A DNA stretch of 64,000 bases from an uncultured Candidatus Saccharibacteria bacterium (GTDB taxonomy: Bacteria > Patescibacteriota > Saccharimonadia > Saccharimonadales > JBBQAJ01): the NCBI GenBank assembly GCA_964593805.1, contig CAZQHP010000001.1, positions 517,283 to 581,282 on the forward strand. The letters are read 5' to 3'. Each line of letters begins with the position of its first letter. The first letter of the stretch is position 1. The position numbers and the translations under genes are program-made. Of this stretch, positions 54,427-64,000 are shown one piece after another. The notes beneath the pieces were generated by a model that saw nothing but the letters and a program-made list of their open reading frames with translations, was not told the DNA's origin and ran no database searches.

Positions 54427-54452
54427 TCCTCAAGAAGTAACCATTCAAAAAC
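54427..54452 (+). repeat. 26-bp direct repeat, right copy
   Basis: This exact copy of 53671-53696 lies in the intergenic DNA after the HAD gene. A second shared 16-mer, ttcaaaaacccctcta, occurs at 53688-53703 and 54377-54392. Confidence 0.95.
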
Positions 54453-54479
54453 AGAGGCTATAATGTTATCCTAGGACAT

Positions 54480-55385
54480 ATGGCAAACGGGGTAACAATA
54501 GAAAAACCTAGGAGTGTGGTTAGGACTAAACCGGCTAAAAAAACGGTTACTAGTTCAAAAGATAAATTACTCTCAAATCTGAAACAGAAGCCGTTTTTTG
54601 CAGCCAAGGACTTCGTACTTTACGAAGGTGACAGTATTGAACTACTCAAACAGTTGCCAGAGAACTCCATTGATATGATCTTTGCTGATCCACCTTACAA
54701 TTTGTCTAATGGCGGCTTTACAGTTCACGCAGGAAAACGCGTAAGCGTAAACAAAGGTAAGTGGGATGTAAGCAAGGGACTGAAAGAAGATTTCAATTTT
54801 CACCTAAAATGGATTGAAGCCTGTCGCAGAGTTTTGAAACCCGAAGGAACAATCTGGGTAAGCGGAACATATCATTCTATTTATGCATGCGGCTTTGCCC
54901 TGCAAGTAGCTAAGTTCCACATTTTAAATGATATTAGCTGGTTCAAGCCCAACGGATCGCCGAATTTGAGCGGGCGATATTTCACGGCAAGCCACGAAAC
55001 TTTAATATGGGCACGTAAGGATTCTAAGGCGAAGCACAACTTCAATTACAAATTGATGAAAGAAGGTTCGTGGCCAGAAGACAAAATGAAAAAACCCGGG
55101 CTTCAAATGCGGTCAGTCTGGTCTCTAAATACTCCGAAAAAAGACGAAAAAAAATTTGGCAAACATCCTACACAAAAACCTCTTGATTTACTTAATCGCA
55201 TAGTTTTAGCAAGCACCAAGCCAGGTGATATCATCGTTGATCCGTTTAGCGGCAGTAGTACAACGGGGATTGCTGCCGTTGCGCACAACCGTAAATTTAT
55301 CGGGTTTGATTTAGAAAAAGAATATTTAGATCTGTCTATTAAAAGGTACACTGCCACACAAAATGAGCTTAAATTTACTAGCTAA
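54480..55385 (+). CDS. Type II DNA methyltransferase (beta-class N6A/N4C; DPPY motif)
   Basis: Motif IV is IFADPPYN and motif I is DPFSGSSTTG, in that order. The gene is AT-rich. Confidence 0.85.
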   Translation: MANGVTIEKPRSVVRTKPAKKTVTSSKDKLLSNLKQKPFFAAKDFVLYEGDSIELLKQLPENSIDMIFADPPYNLSNGGFTVHAGKRVSVNKGKWDVSKGLKEDFNFHLKWIEACRRVLKPEGTIWVSGTYHSIYACGFALQVAKFHILNDISWFKPNGSPNLSGRYFTASHETLIWARKDSKAKHNFNYKLMKEGSWPEDKMKKPGLQMRSVWSLNTPKKDEKKFGKHPTQKPLDLLNRIVLASTKPGDIIVDPFSGSSTTGIAAVAHNRKFIGFDLEKEYLDLSIKRYTATQNELKFTS

Positions 55386-55959
55386 ACCATCGGTCGTAAG
55401 TTGGTGCTATCGTCCCGCAACGGCGGATTCATTGATTAATACAAGCGATCCAAAAAAACTAAAAGTTGCAAACCAAGTTGAAAAAGACTGGGCTCGGTCG
55501 ATTTTGGGCGGTGCTGGCAATCAATGGACAACCCAATTATGCCAGGAAATCGTTCGCGAAGTACTAATTGCAATAGGTAGAAAAAATGTCAGAAATGGTA
55601 GTTTAACTAAGGGTTCGTTTGGCAAAAAAAGCTATCAACCTGATCTTGAATCTGATGAATTTGTTTACGAAGTCAAAGGGAGAAGTTGGACAACACCTGG
55701 AACAGCCGGTGAAAAAATCCTAGGCGTCCCTTTGAAGTACGGGGAGTTACCAGAGTTATTACACAAACCACTTCGGATAATTCTAGTGGGCTACCAAGAA
55801 TTCGAAGCACGAAATCACTACGCGTTCGGGGATTTATTAGACGAGGCTAATCAGACCAAGCAATTGAACGACAGCTTAAATTACTTTAGTGAGCACAAAA
55901 TTCAATATATAGGACTCACGGACCTTCTAAAGACAGTCAATCAACGCCTCAAAACCTGA
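55363..55959 (+). CDS. Putative type II restriction endonuclease (PD-(D/E)XK)
   Basis: 198 aa overlapping the methyltransferase gene by 23 nt. The candidate catalytic motif is YQPDLESDEFVYEVKG. Confidence 0.55.
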   Translation: MSLNLLAKPSVVSWCYRPATADSLINTSDPKKLKVANQVEKDWARSILGGAGNQWTTQLCQEIVREVLIAIGRKNVRNGSLTKGSFGKKSYQPDLESDEFVYEVKGRSWTTPGTAGEKILGVPLKYGELPELLHKPLRIILVGYQEFEARNHYAFGDLLDEANQTKQLNDSLNYFSEHKIQYIGLTDLLKTVNQRLKT

Positions 55960-56089
55960 CTTTGTAACGTTCTTGAACGAAAATAGACTAAACAGCCTCA
56001 AACACACCTACTGCCTCCATCCACCCCTAACAGATGATTAATTTTACTTTCCACTGAAGATAATAACAAGAACTGCCGGGCAGACTTAG

Positions 56090-56668
56090 CTAAGTTTTAT
56101 TCATCTTTATGTATGTTGGGGGTTCTGGAAGTCGAATTCGATACTTAGGCCATGGGTGGAGTGAGTAGCCGAGATAGAAGTAATATATTTCCTTTTTAGC
56201 TCGACTTATATTAATCTTTGCCCGCGCAGCACTAATACTTTTCGGAGAAATAACTTTCATATTCCTAGCTCCTACATACATAGAGTTTTCTCTCAATTCT
56301 TTATCTTTTCCCGCGTTTTTGTTTCCTTCCAAAATGAACGCAACTCTATGCCTTCGCAATATCGTGACTCTATCCTTTGAACCAAATTTTACCTTATGAT
56401 TAACCAAATCGTCTTGGAGCTTACCATTTGGATGATCATGGTGATGGTCGTCAATCATTCGCGCTTTAGAGGCCTCTTCAAGCGCAAGTAGCGCGAGCAA
56501 GTTTGCTCTCGCAAATTTCTTATGACCATATAGAAGCCGTGCTTCTTCCACTAGGCTGATAGAATTCATCAAAGCTTCTCGAACTATTTTGCCAGGCTTA
56601 ACAATTGCTAAGGTAGCCATTTGTGTCTTCGCGGGGAAGTCTGTTATATAGCTTAAGCCTCTTTTCAT
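56090..56668 (-). CDS. HEPN-domain protein, AbiV-like (abortive-infection candidate)
   Basis: 192 aa. The helical N-terminal region (EEARLLYGHKKFARANLLALLALEEASKARMIDDH) contains an Rx4H HEPN-type motif. The gene is AT-rich and adjacent to the R-M pair. Confidence 0.4.
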   Translation of the reverse strand: MKRGLSYITDFPAKTQMATLAIVKPGKIVREALMNSISLVEEARLLYGHKKFARANLLALLALEEASKARMIDDHHHDHPNGKLQDDLVNHKVKFGSKDRVTILRRHRVAFILEGNKNAGKDKELRENSMYVGARNMKVISPKSISAARAKINISRAKKEIYYFYLGYSLHPWPKYRIRLPEPPTYIKMNKT

Positions 56669-56863
56669 AAATTAAGTCTACCAGAGCTGAGGACTGCATC
56701 CTACAAGCACTAACACCTCGCAACACCTAAATTGAAAAGCTGGCTTGATTCTGCAAGTATCTATTTGCGTTTGGACGCTTTGGCGGGGAGGGGTGGACTC
56801 TGCTAGTTTTTTTGTTCTATAATATGCAGAAATTCAAGTATTTAGCACACAAAGGAGAGCATT

Positions 56864-57454
56864 ATGGGCGGAACCGAAATAACAGGTAGTGGATCAGACC
56901 ATGGAAATGTAATCCGCATTTTTCCGGATGCAGACGCAATAGTAGGTGAACCAGCCCCGAATCGCCATTGGCCATTGAGGTTAGGTGTAGGCTTGGGAGT
57001 TTTAGGCCTAACAGCTGCTGGGTTATTTGTGGCCGCACGCGGTGGTGACATCCCAGAGCCAGAATTCCTACTCAGCGGGCCCATACCGGGTGCCAACCCA
57101 GACGCCGATGTAGAAGGCGCTGTAGACCTGGACTGTATTCGAAGCGGCGATCGTGCCGTAGTAAATGCCACCGTCTTTTTAGTTACCGACAGAGCTGGTG
57201 AAAGTGGCGGCGATAGAGGAAGAATAGTCCAATCACAAGAGATTTTTGACAATGAAACTTGTGCCGATGCCGTAGCCCAGGTGGAAGCTTATCCTACGCA
57301 TATAATCAACGACGTTGTGACTAGTGTGCACAGCGCCGTAACTGAGCGTGTTTTCGGTGACGGTAACTTTAATGCCGCAGATAAATACCAGGCCGCTATA
57401 GACGAAGCCCGCGAAGACGGCGTGCCCGAGATCAAAGTAGAAATGCGCGGCTAG
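56864..57454 (+). CDS. Hypothetical membrane-anchored protein
   Basis: 196 aa with an AAGGAGAG RBS and one TM segment (LGVGLGVLGLTAAGLFVAA). Confidence 0.5.
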   Translation: MGGTEITGSGSDHGNVIRIFPDADAIVGEPAPNRHWPLRLGVGLGVLGLTAAGLFVAARGGDIPEPEFLLSGPIPGANPDADVEGAVDLDCIRSGDRAVVNATVFLVTDRAGESGGDRGRIVQSQEIFDNETCADAVAQVEAYPTHIINDVVTSVHSAVTERVFGDGNFNAADKYQAAIDEAREDGVPEIKVEMRG

Positions 57455-57461
57455 CCAAAGA

Positions 57462-58109
57462 TTACTTGCGTTTGGAGGCTTTGGCTGGGGTGAAGAGCTG
57501 GACGTAGAGGTTCATGCCTATGATTGCCCCTAGTACCGGGCCAGCCGCATACGCGAAGCTCCAGGACTGAATGCCGAGGGCAACGGCTGGGTTCAGCACG
57601 CCATTGCTGGCAACAGAAGCAGCCAACATGCCAAGCCCCAAAGACGCGCCGGCGGTTGCGGCTAAGCGCAACCCTTTGTAACCCTGGAACAAAGCGGCCG
57701 CAAGGCCAAACGTGAAAATAAGCGTGCCCACGGTTTCCGCCGTAAAGACCCGCCAATCAAAGGCTTTATCTGCCAGAGATTTCAGCGGCCCATCCAGAAA
57801 ATACTCGTTTAGGCGCCACGCCGCGGCCGCGGCCAGAAACTGGACGGCTATGTAAACAACAGCAAACGTGGTCTCTATTTTACGCAGAGACCACAGCCCA
57901 AGCGTCACCGCCGGGTTGATGTGCGCTCCAGAAACCCGCCCAACCGTAAGTACAACCAGCCCAAACGCTACGCCAGCGGCGCTGGCAACAAACAGCGCTG
58001 GCAATCTTTCTAACAGCACGGCGTAAATCGCGCTGACCAAAACAAACGTACCAATAAACTCCGCCACAATTATGGCTAATTTCTTTCGCCCAAATAATGT
58101 TGAACTCAC
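57462..58109 (-). CDS. MIP-family channel (aquaporin/glycerol facilitator)
   Basis: Two NPA boxes are present (HINPAVTLG and VLNPAVALG). Confidence 0.9.
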   Translation of the reverse strand: MSSTLFGRKKLAIIVAEFIGTFVLVSAIYAVLLERLPALFVASAAGVAFGLVVLTVGRVSGAHINPAVTLGLWSLRKIETTFAVVYIAVQFLAAAAAWRLNEYFLDGPLKSLADKAFDWRVFTAETVGTLIFTFGLAAALFQGYKGLRLAATAGASLGLGMLAASVASNGVLNPAVALGIQSWSFAYAAGPVLGAIIGMNLYVQLFTPAKASKRK

Positions 58110-58172
58110 AAACCCTCCTTAGTTATAAGCTAAGGATAGCGCTTGCTCTGGGCATTTGTCAAACAGTGTACG

Positions 58173-59093
58173 TTAAGTTTGGGTAAAGCGTTGGTCTCGC
58201 GTAAGACCGTAGGCGATTGATATGTTGTAGGCATAGATGGCGTGGCGCATGAGATCAGCTTCCAACTTGTTACGGCTGAGCACATTAGCAATTTCATCAA
58301 CTGCACTTTTATCTAGCTGGAAGTAACGGATAGCAGTTGCGTCTCGGTTGTTGCTCTTCGATGGATCGGTATTGTGGTTGATAGCTTCAGCGCCGTGGCC
58401 ATGGCGGGTATTTTCCGCATCGCCAGGGATAACTACATCCTCAGCATCCAGCACTTCAACTACACCGCCCAACTTTAGGACTGTCTCCTGGGCTTTAGCG
58501 GCATTCCAGTCTCTGAAAAAGCCCGTTTCTTCAAGCCTCTGGGATCTGGCTACAATCTGGGCATATAAATCGGGGTCGAAATCATCGTTCATCACAGCGG
58601 CCACAATCGGTTGTAGCTCACTGGCTCCTAGCAGTGCCAAACGGGCATTGCCAGCCGCAGCACCATCCATAGCTCCACAATTAGTAGCTTCCCCTTGCGC
58701 ACGACTATCGGTATGCGCTCCTAGTTCAATTTTGCGCGTGGCCATTTCATCGGCCACAAAATCAAAAGTTTCATTTGCGGTCGGCTGTTCATCTTTAGCC
58801 GGAACGCTAGGCAATAGATACCAGTCAGCCAGGACTGCGGCTTCAAAACCGCTCATGGCGGCTCCGCCGGCCGTTTTGCGGCGTATGGCTTCAGCTCCGC
58901 CGGCGGCATGCCGCTCATCTATGCACACAATTGCCGCATCTTGAACCGGTTCTTGAGTTTTGGCAACCTCACGTGCAACCTGATCATCAGTGTAAGTCTC
59001 TGTCGGCGCAACAACCCCTTGGCCAAAGCCTGTAAGGTGGGTAACTTCAACTCTTCGGGTTTGTCCGGACATGGCTTCTAGTGATCCTCTCAT
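58173..59093 (-). CDS. Hypothetical protein (306 aa)
   Basis: A long ORF of unrecognised family. Confidence 0.5.
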   Translation of the reverse strand: MRGSLEAMSGQTRRVEVTHLTGFGQGVVAPTETYTDDQVAREVAKTQEPVQDAAIVCIDERHAAGGAEAIRRKTAGGAAMSGFEAAVLADWYLLPSVPAKDEQPTANETFDFVADEMATRKIELGAHTDSRAQGEATNCGAMDGAAAGNARLALLGASELQPIVAAVMNDDFDPDLYAQIVARSQRLEETGFFRDWNAAKAQETVLKLGGVVEVLDAEDVVIPGDAENTRHGHGAEAINHNTDPSKSNNRDATAIRYFQLDKSAVDEIANVLSRNKLEADLMRHAIYAYNISIAYGLTRDQRFTQT

Positions 59094-59242
59094 AGCTTAA
59101 TCTACAGTCCTTTTTTATTAACTAATACAGTGCGATATTATACCATACAATGTATTATTTCTGGCTTGGGTGAAGAGTGTGATATAAATCTCAGACAAGC
59201 ACCGGTTAAATTGCTACCATAGAGTCGTAAAAGGGAAGACCT

Positions 59243-59638
59243 ATGGTAACTCCAGAACATCCGCGAGTAGATTCTGATACAGCCGAACAAATCCGAGGTG
59301 CTGTTGTGCAAACAATGGCTGACCCGGAACTAAGCTTGCGAGCAGCCAAAGAAATTGCCACCGAACACCCTGATCAAGCAGTCGACGCTGCCCGCACTGC
59401 CTTTGAGCTATTCCCAGATGACCCCGCGAAACGTGATGCTTTTTTGAGTGGCACCGAGTACAAGCTGTTGCAAGAGCGCCAGGCCAGAGAAGCCGCTAAC
59501 TTACGCCTGGCCGTCGAAGGTCCGGAACCAGTCGTCTCAACACCGCAAAGACGGAAATGGCTTGGAACACGAGTAGCCTTGCTTGCGGTCGGTTTATTCA
59601 CAGAATCACGCAAGCCTAGCCCCGGCGGCGGCGTTTGA
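59243..59638 (+). CDS. Hypothetical protein with a C-terminal TM segment
   Basis: 131-aa ORF whose end overlaps the atpC 3' end convergently. Confidence 0.4.
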   Translation: MVTPEHPRVDSDTAEQIRGAVVQTMADPELSLRAAKEIATEHPDQAVDAARTAFELFPDDPAKRDAFLSGTEYKLLQERQAREAANLRLAVEGPEPVVSTPQRRKWLGTRVALLAVGLFTESRKPSPGGGV

Positions 59639-60041
59639 GGCCAGCTACTTGCAGGCGGACGGCGCTGCGGTCTATCATGCTCTGAGCGTGTTCTAGCGAC
59701 ACTTGGTCTTTGGCTTCTGACTTCATCTTTTGAGCCAGCTCAAAGGCTTTTTGGGCTTCAGCTTCGCTGATTTCGTCGGCGTGGTCGGCTTCGTCCACCA
59801 GTACGCGCAAGGTGTTGTCGGCCACTTCTATCACGCCACCACTGATGGCAAAAACATCCATCATGTCGTCTTTGTCGGCAGATTTATGGCGAACGCTTAC
59901 CACGCCATGGGTAGCGGCGCTAATCAGCGGCATGTGCCCGGGCAAAACGCCGATAATGCCATCCAGGGTAGGTAAAAGCACTTCATAAGCTTCCGTATCA
60001 AGCTTCACACCGTCTAAACTAACTAGCTGAAAATGAATCAT
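59616..60041 (-). CDS. atpC: F1 ATP synthase subunit epsilon
   Basis: The ATG at 60041 (MIHFQLVSLDGVKLDTEAYEVLLPTLDGIIGVLPGHMPL) has an AAGGAG RBS. Confidence 0.88.
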   Translation of the reverse strand: MIHFQLVSLDGVKLDTEAYEVLLPTLDGIIGVLPGHMPLISAATHGVVSVRHKSADKDDMMDVFAISGGVIEVADNTLRVLVDEADHADEISEAEAQKAFELAQKMKSEAKDQVSLEHAQSMIDRSAVRLQVAGLKRRRRG

Positions 60042-60464
60042 TGGGGAGCTCCTTTGGCGGTCGGCGACCCTTAAAAACATGCTGTTCATCGTGGGGAGTT
60101 GGCTGTGGCGCGCCACCAGCAGTTTCGGCGCCTGGGCTGGCATCTGAACCCAATGGCAAAACTTGATGCAAAAGGGCAATATCGGCTTTTACGTGCAACA
60201 ATGCCACGGCTTGGCGGCGCTCCAAGGTTTCGTAGCAGTGCGGGTCAGCGATGTTTTGGCTCATCCGGAAAGCTTGCTTGTTGGCAAGCCGACTCAGCTG
60301 GGCGTAGAAGTCTTTGCGCATGCGCTGATTGGCTATACGGATGATATGCTCGGCACTGACGTCCGGGTACTCACCCGCCAATTCCTGCACATGCCCACGA
60401 TGCTCAAGCCTTTGCTGTGACGTGCGGTTGTACAGAGCAGTCTCATTCACGTCAGTTTCGATCA

Positions 60465-60465
<1 letters not shown>
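60019..60465 (-). CDS. Hypothetical 148-aa protein intercalated between atpD and atpC
   Basis: Its ATG overlaps the atpD stop as TAATG, with AAGGAG upstream, and its 3' end overlaps the atpC start by 23 nt. Competing ORFs on the opposite strand lower the confidence. Confidence 0.4.
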
Positions 60466-62199
<1,734 letters not shown>

Positions 62200-62203
<4 letters not shown>

Positions 62204-63072
62204 TTCTGAATTGCCTCCGCTCCGCCGGTTATTTCGGCTAGTTCCTGAGTAATTGCCGCCTGGCGGGCGGTGTTGAATTCCAGTGTCAGGTCATCTATCA
62301 GGTCAGTCGCGTTGTCGGTGGCGCTTTTCATGGCCATCATGCGCATACTGTGTTCGGACGCCAGACTTTCCAGCAGGGCTTGCCAGACTTGCACCTCCAG
62401 CAGCCGCTCGGTCACACTGTCCAAAACCACTTCTATAGACGGTTCAAAGGTAGTGTTATCTAGCGCATGGGCGGATTCTTCGGTTTCTTCAAACCGAGCG
62501 GGCAATAGCGCCATGGCGGTGGCTTCCTGCACCAGGTTGGATTTGAACTGCGTGTACAGCACTTTGACGTCATCCGCATCTTGAGCTCGGTAAGATTCGA
62601 TTACGGTTTTGAGCACGGGACGGATGTCATTGGCGCTCGGATGATCTGGAAACTCCGTGTAGGCCGCCACCATGTCTACGCCAGACACGCGGCGGGCGAA
62701 TTTGGCGCCTTGCTTGCCAATGGCAATCACCTGGGTTTTCACGCCGGCTTTTTGGTCTTCCAGGATGGCGCGGGTCAGCATGCGTAGTATGTTGGCGTTG
62801 TAAGCGCCGGCTAGTGTGCCGTTGCTGGTGATGACCACGTACAAGCGCTGTTTGACAGGCCGCTGAACGAACAACGGGTGTTCGCTAACTTCCGTGATGG
62901 CGCTCAGGCGCGTCAGTAGTGAATAAGCAAATTCGCGGTATGTCCGGCCAGCCAAGGCGTATTCCTGAGCCCGGCGCATTTTGCTAGCGGCGACAAGTTC
63001 CATAGCCTTAGTAATCTGCTTGGTGTTTTTTACCGACCCAATCCGGCGCTTGAGGGTAATCGTATTAGCCAC
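62200..63072 (-). CDS. atpG: F1 ATP synthase subunit gamma
   Basis: 290 aa with the N-terminal motif RRIGSVKNTKQITKAMELVAASKMRRAQ. Confidence 0.93.
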
Positions 63073-63144
63073 GCGAAGGCACCTCCGGTGCCGAAGCGGG
63101 AAGTGTGGAGTGCGAAGTTATAGGAATTGCTGTTATTCTCACTC

Positions 63145-64000
63145 CTAACTCCTCTCTCCTCTCTTCGTAGAAACAGCTTCAGCCGTTTCTGCTGGACGGT
63201 AGGAAATGGCGATTTTGTTAGCAATGTCTATGATTTGCTTCTGGATCTTTTCGTCCGGTTCGTCGCCGGCATTAATCTTTTCCATCACTTTGCCGTGGTC
63301 GTGCTTGAGCTCAATCAGCAGGTTAGCCTGAGCGGTTTTGACTTTGTCTAGTGGGACGGCATCGAACGAGCCGTTGGATGCAGCCAGTAGCGTGGCGTAC
63401 ATCTGCCAGACGCTGTACGGACTGTACTGCGGCTGTTTGAGCAGTTCTGTCAGGCGCTGGCCGCGTTCAATCCGGTGGCGGGTTTCCGCATCCAGGTCGG
63501 TAGAAAACTGAGAAAAGGCCGCTAGTTCGCGGAACTGGGCCAGTTCTATACGCAAAGACTTGGCCACGGCTTTGACGGCTTTGGTCTGGGCGGAACTACC
63601 CACGCGGGAAACCGATAAACCAACCGATATGGCCGGACGAATGCCCTGGTAAAACAGATTGGTTTCCATGAAAATCTGGCCGTCGGTTATGGAAATTACG
63701 TTGGTTGGAATGTAGGCCGAAATATCACCGGCCTGCGTTTCAATGATAGGCAAGGCGGTCAGCGAACCAGCACCAAGCTTGTCGCTGAGTTTAGCGGCTC
63801 GTTCCAACAGGCGGGAGTGCAAATAGAACACGTCGCCCGGGTAGGCTTCGCGGCCCGGCGGGCGGCGTAGCAGGAGGGACATCTGGCGGTAGGCCGCGGC
63901 GTGTTTGGTCAGGTCATCGTAGATAATCAAAGCGTGCTGTTTGTTGTCCCGGAAATATTCGCCCATGGTGGCGCCGGCGTACGGTGCTAAGTATTGCAGG
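63145..64000 (-). CDS. atpA: F1 ATP synthase subunit alpha, C-terminal part (gene continues beyond the window)
   Basis: Contains [44 protein letters not shown]. The reading frame remains open to position 64000. Confidence 0.93.
   Translation of the reverse strand, partial: LQYLAPYAGATMGEYFRDNKQHALIIYDDLTKHAAAYRQMSLLLRRPPGREAYPGDVFYLHSRLLERAAKLSDKLGAGSLTALPIIETQAGDISAYIPTNVISITDGQIFMETNLFYQGIRPAISVGLSVSRVGSSAQTKAVKAVAKSLRIELAQFRELAAFSQFSTDLDAETRHRIERGQRLTELLKQPQYSPYSVWQMYATLLAASNGSFDAVPLDKVKTAQANLLIELKHDHGKVMEKINAGDEPDEKIQKQIIDIANKIAISYRPAETAEAVSTKRGERS

Noticed and set aside
58173-59093. The 306-aa ORF might be a beta-carbonic-anhydrase-like zinc enzyme, based on the VCIDERH and NCGAMDG motifs.
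   Set aside because: The His expected three residues before the second Cys (HxxC) is absent, and the spacing and context do not match the family. It is left as hypothetical.

Overview
This 64-kb window comes from a small-genome bacterium with Gram-positive-type surface biology (sortase, LPXTG-like anchor). About 50% GC by eye and many ORFans are compatible with a Saccharibacteria/CPR-like lineage, but that placement is inference only. The backbone genes are secE'-nusG-rplK-rplA, a dTTP-synthesis cluster (P-loop kinase, dcd, fused tmk-thyX), rplJ-rplL with a leader, dnaX, dnaB, ybaB-recR, nrnA, cysS, an envelope block (AI-2E permease, 2x GT4, alpha/beta hydrolase, DD-carboxypeptidase), tRNA-Gln(UUG), pcm, plsC, tatA-tatC, folK, a UvrD-type helicase fused to a PD-(D/E)XK nuclease, an aquaporin, and the F1 genes atpA'-atpG-atpD-atpC. 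Seven accessory or unusual regions stand out. (1) An orphan four-gene operon of phage-tail-fibre-like proteins (two fibre paralogs, a LamG-domain protein, an SGNH esterase) follows rplL, where rpoBC is normally found, and no other phage genes are present. (2) Small, translationally coupled unknown ORFs are wedged inside two normally invariant operons (nusG-orf-rplK-orf-rplA and atpG-orf-atpD-orf-atpC). (3) A 1727-aa adhesin with 12 repeats and an LVNTG sorting signal sits with a coupled Ig-like partner and a convergent sortase. (4) An ORFan island has five consecutive genes, each preceded by the same ~30-45-bp promoter-like element. (5) An AT-rich defence islet (type II R-M plus an HEPN/AbiV-like gene) lies next to single-gene cassettes bracketed by direct repeats copied from the 3' ends of neighbouring genes. 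(6) Two promoter-to-terminator RNA elements were found; the 7.2-kb one also shows alternative terminator/antiterminator pairing. (7) A recurrent CATTGA-rich intergenic element occurs twice. No CRISPR array, rRNA, transposase or integrase was seen. All calls rest on reading the sequence and the supplied ORF translations; no database search was run.
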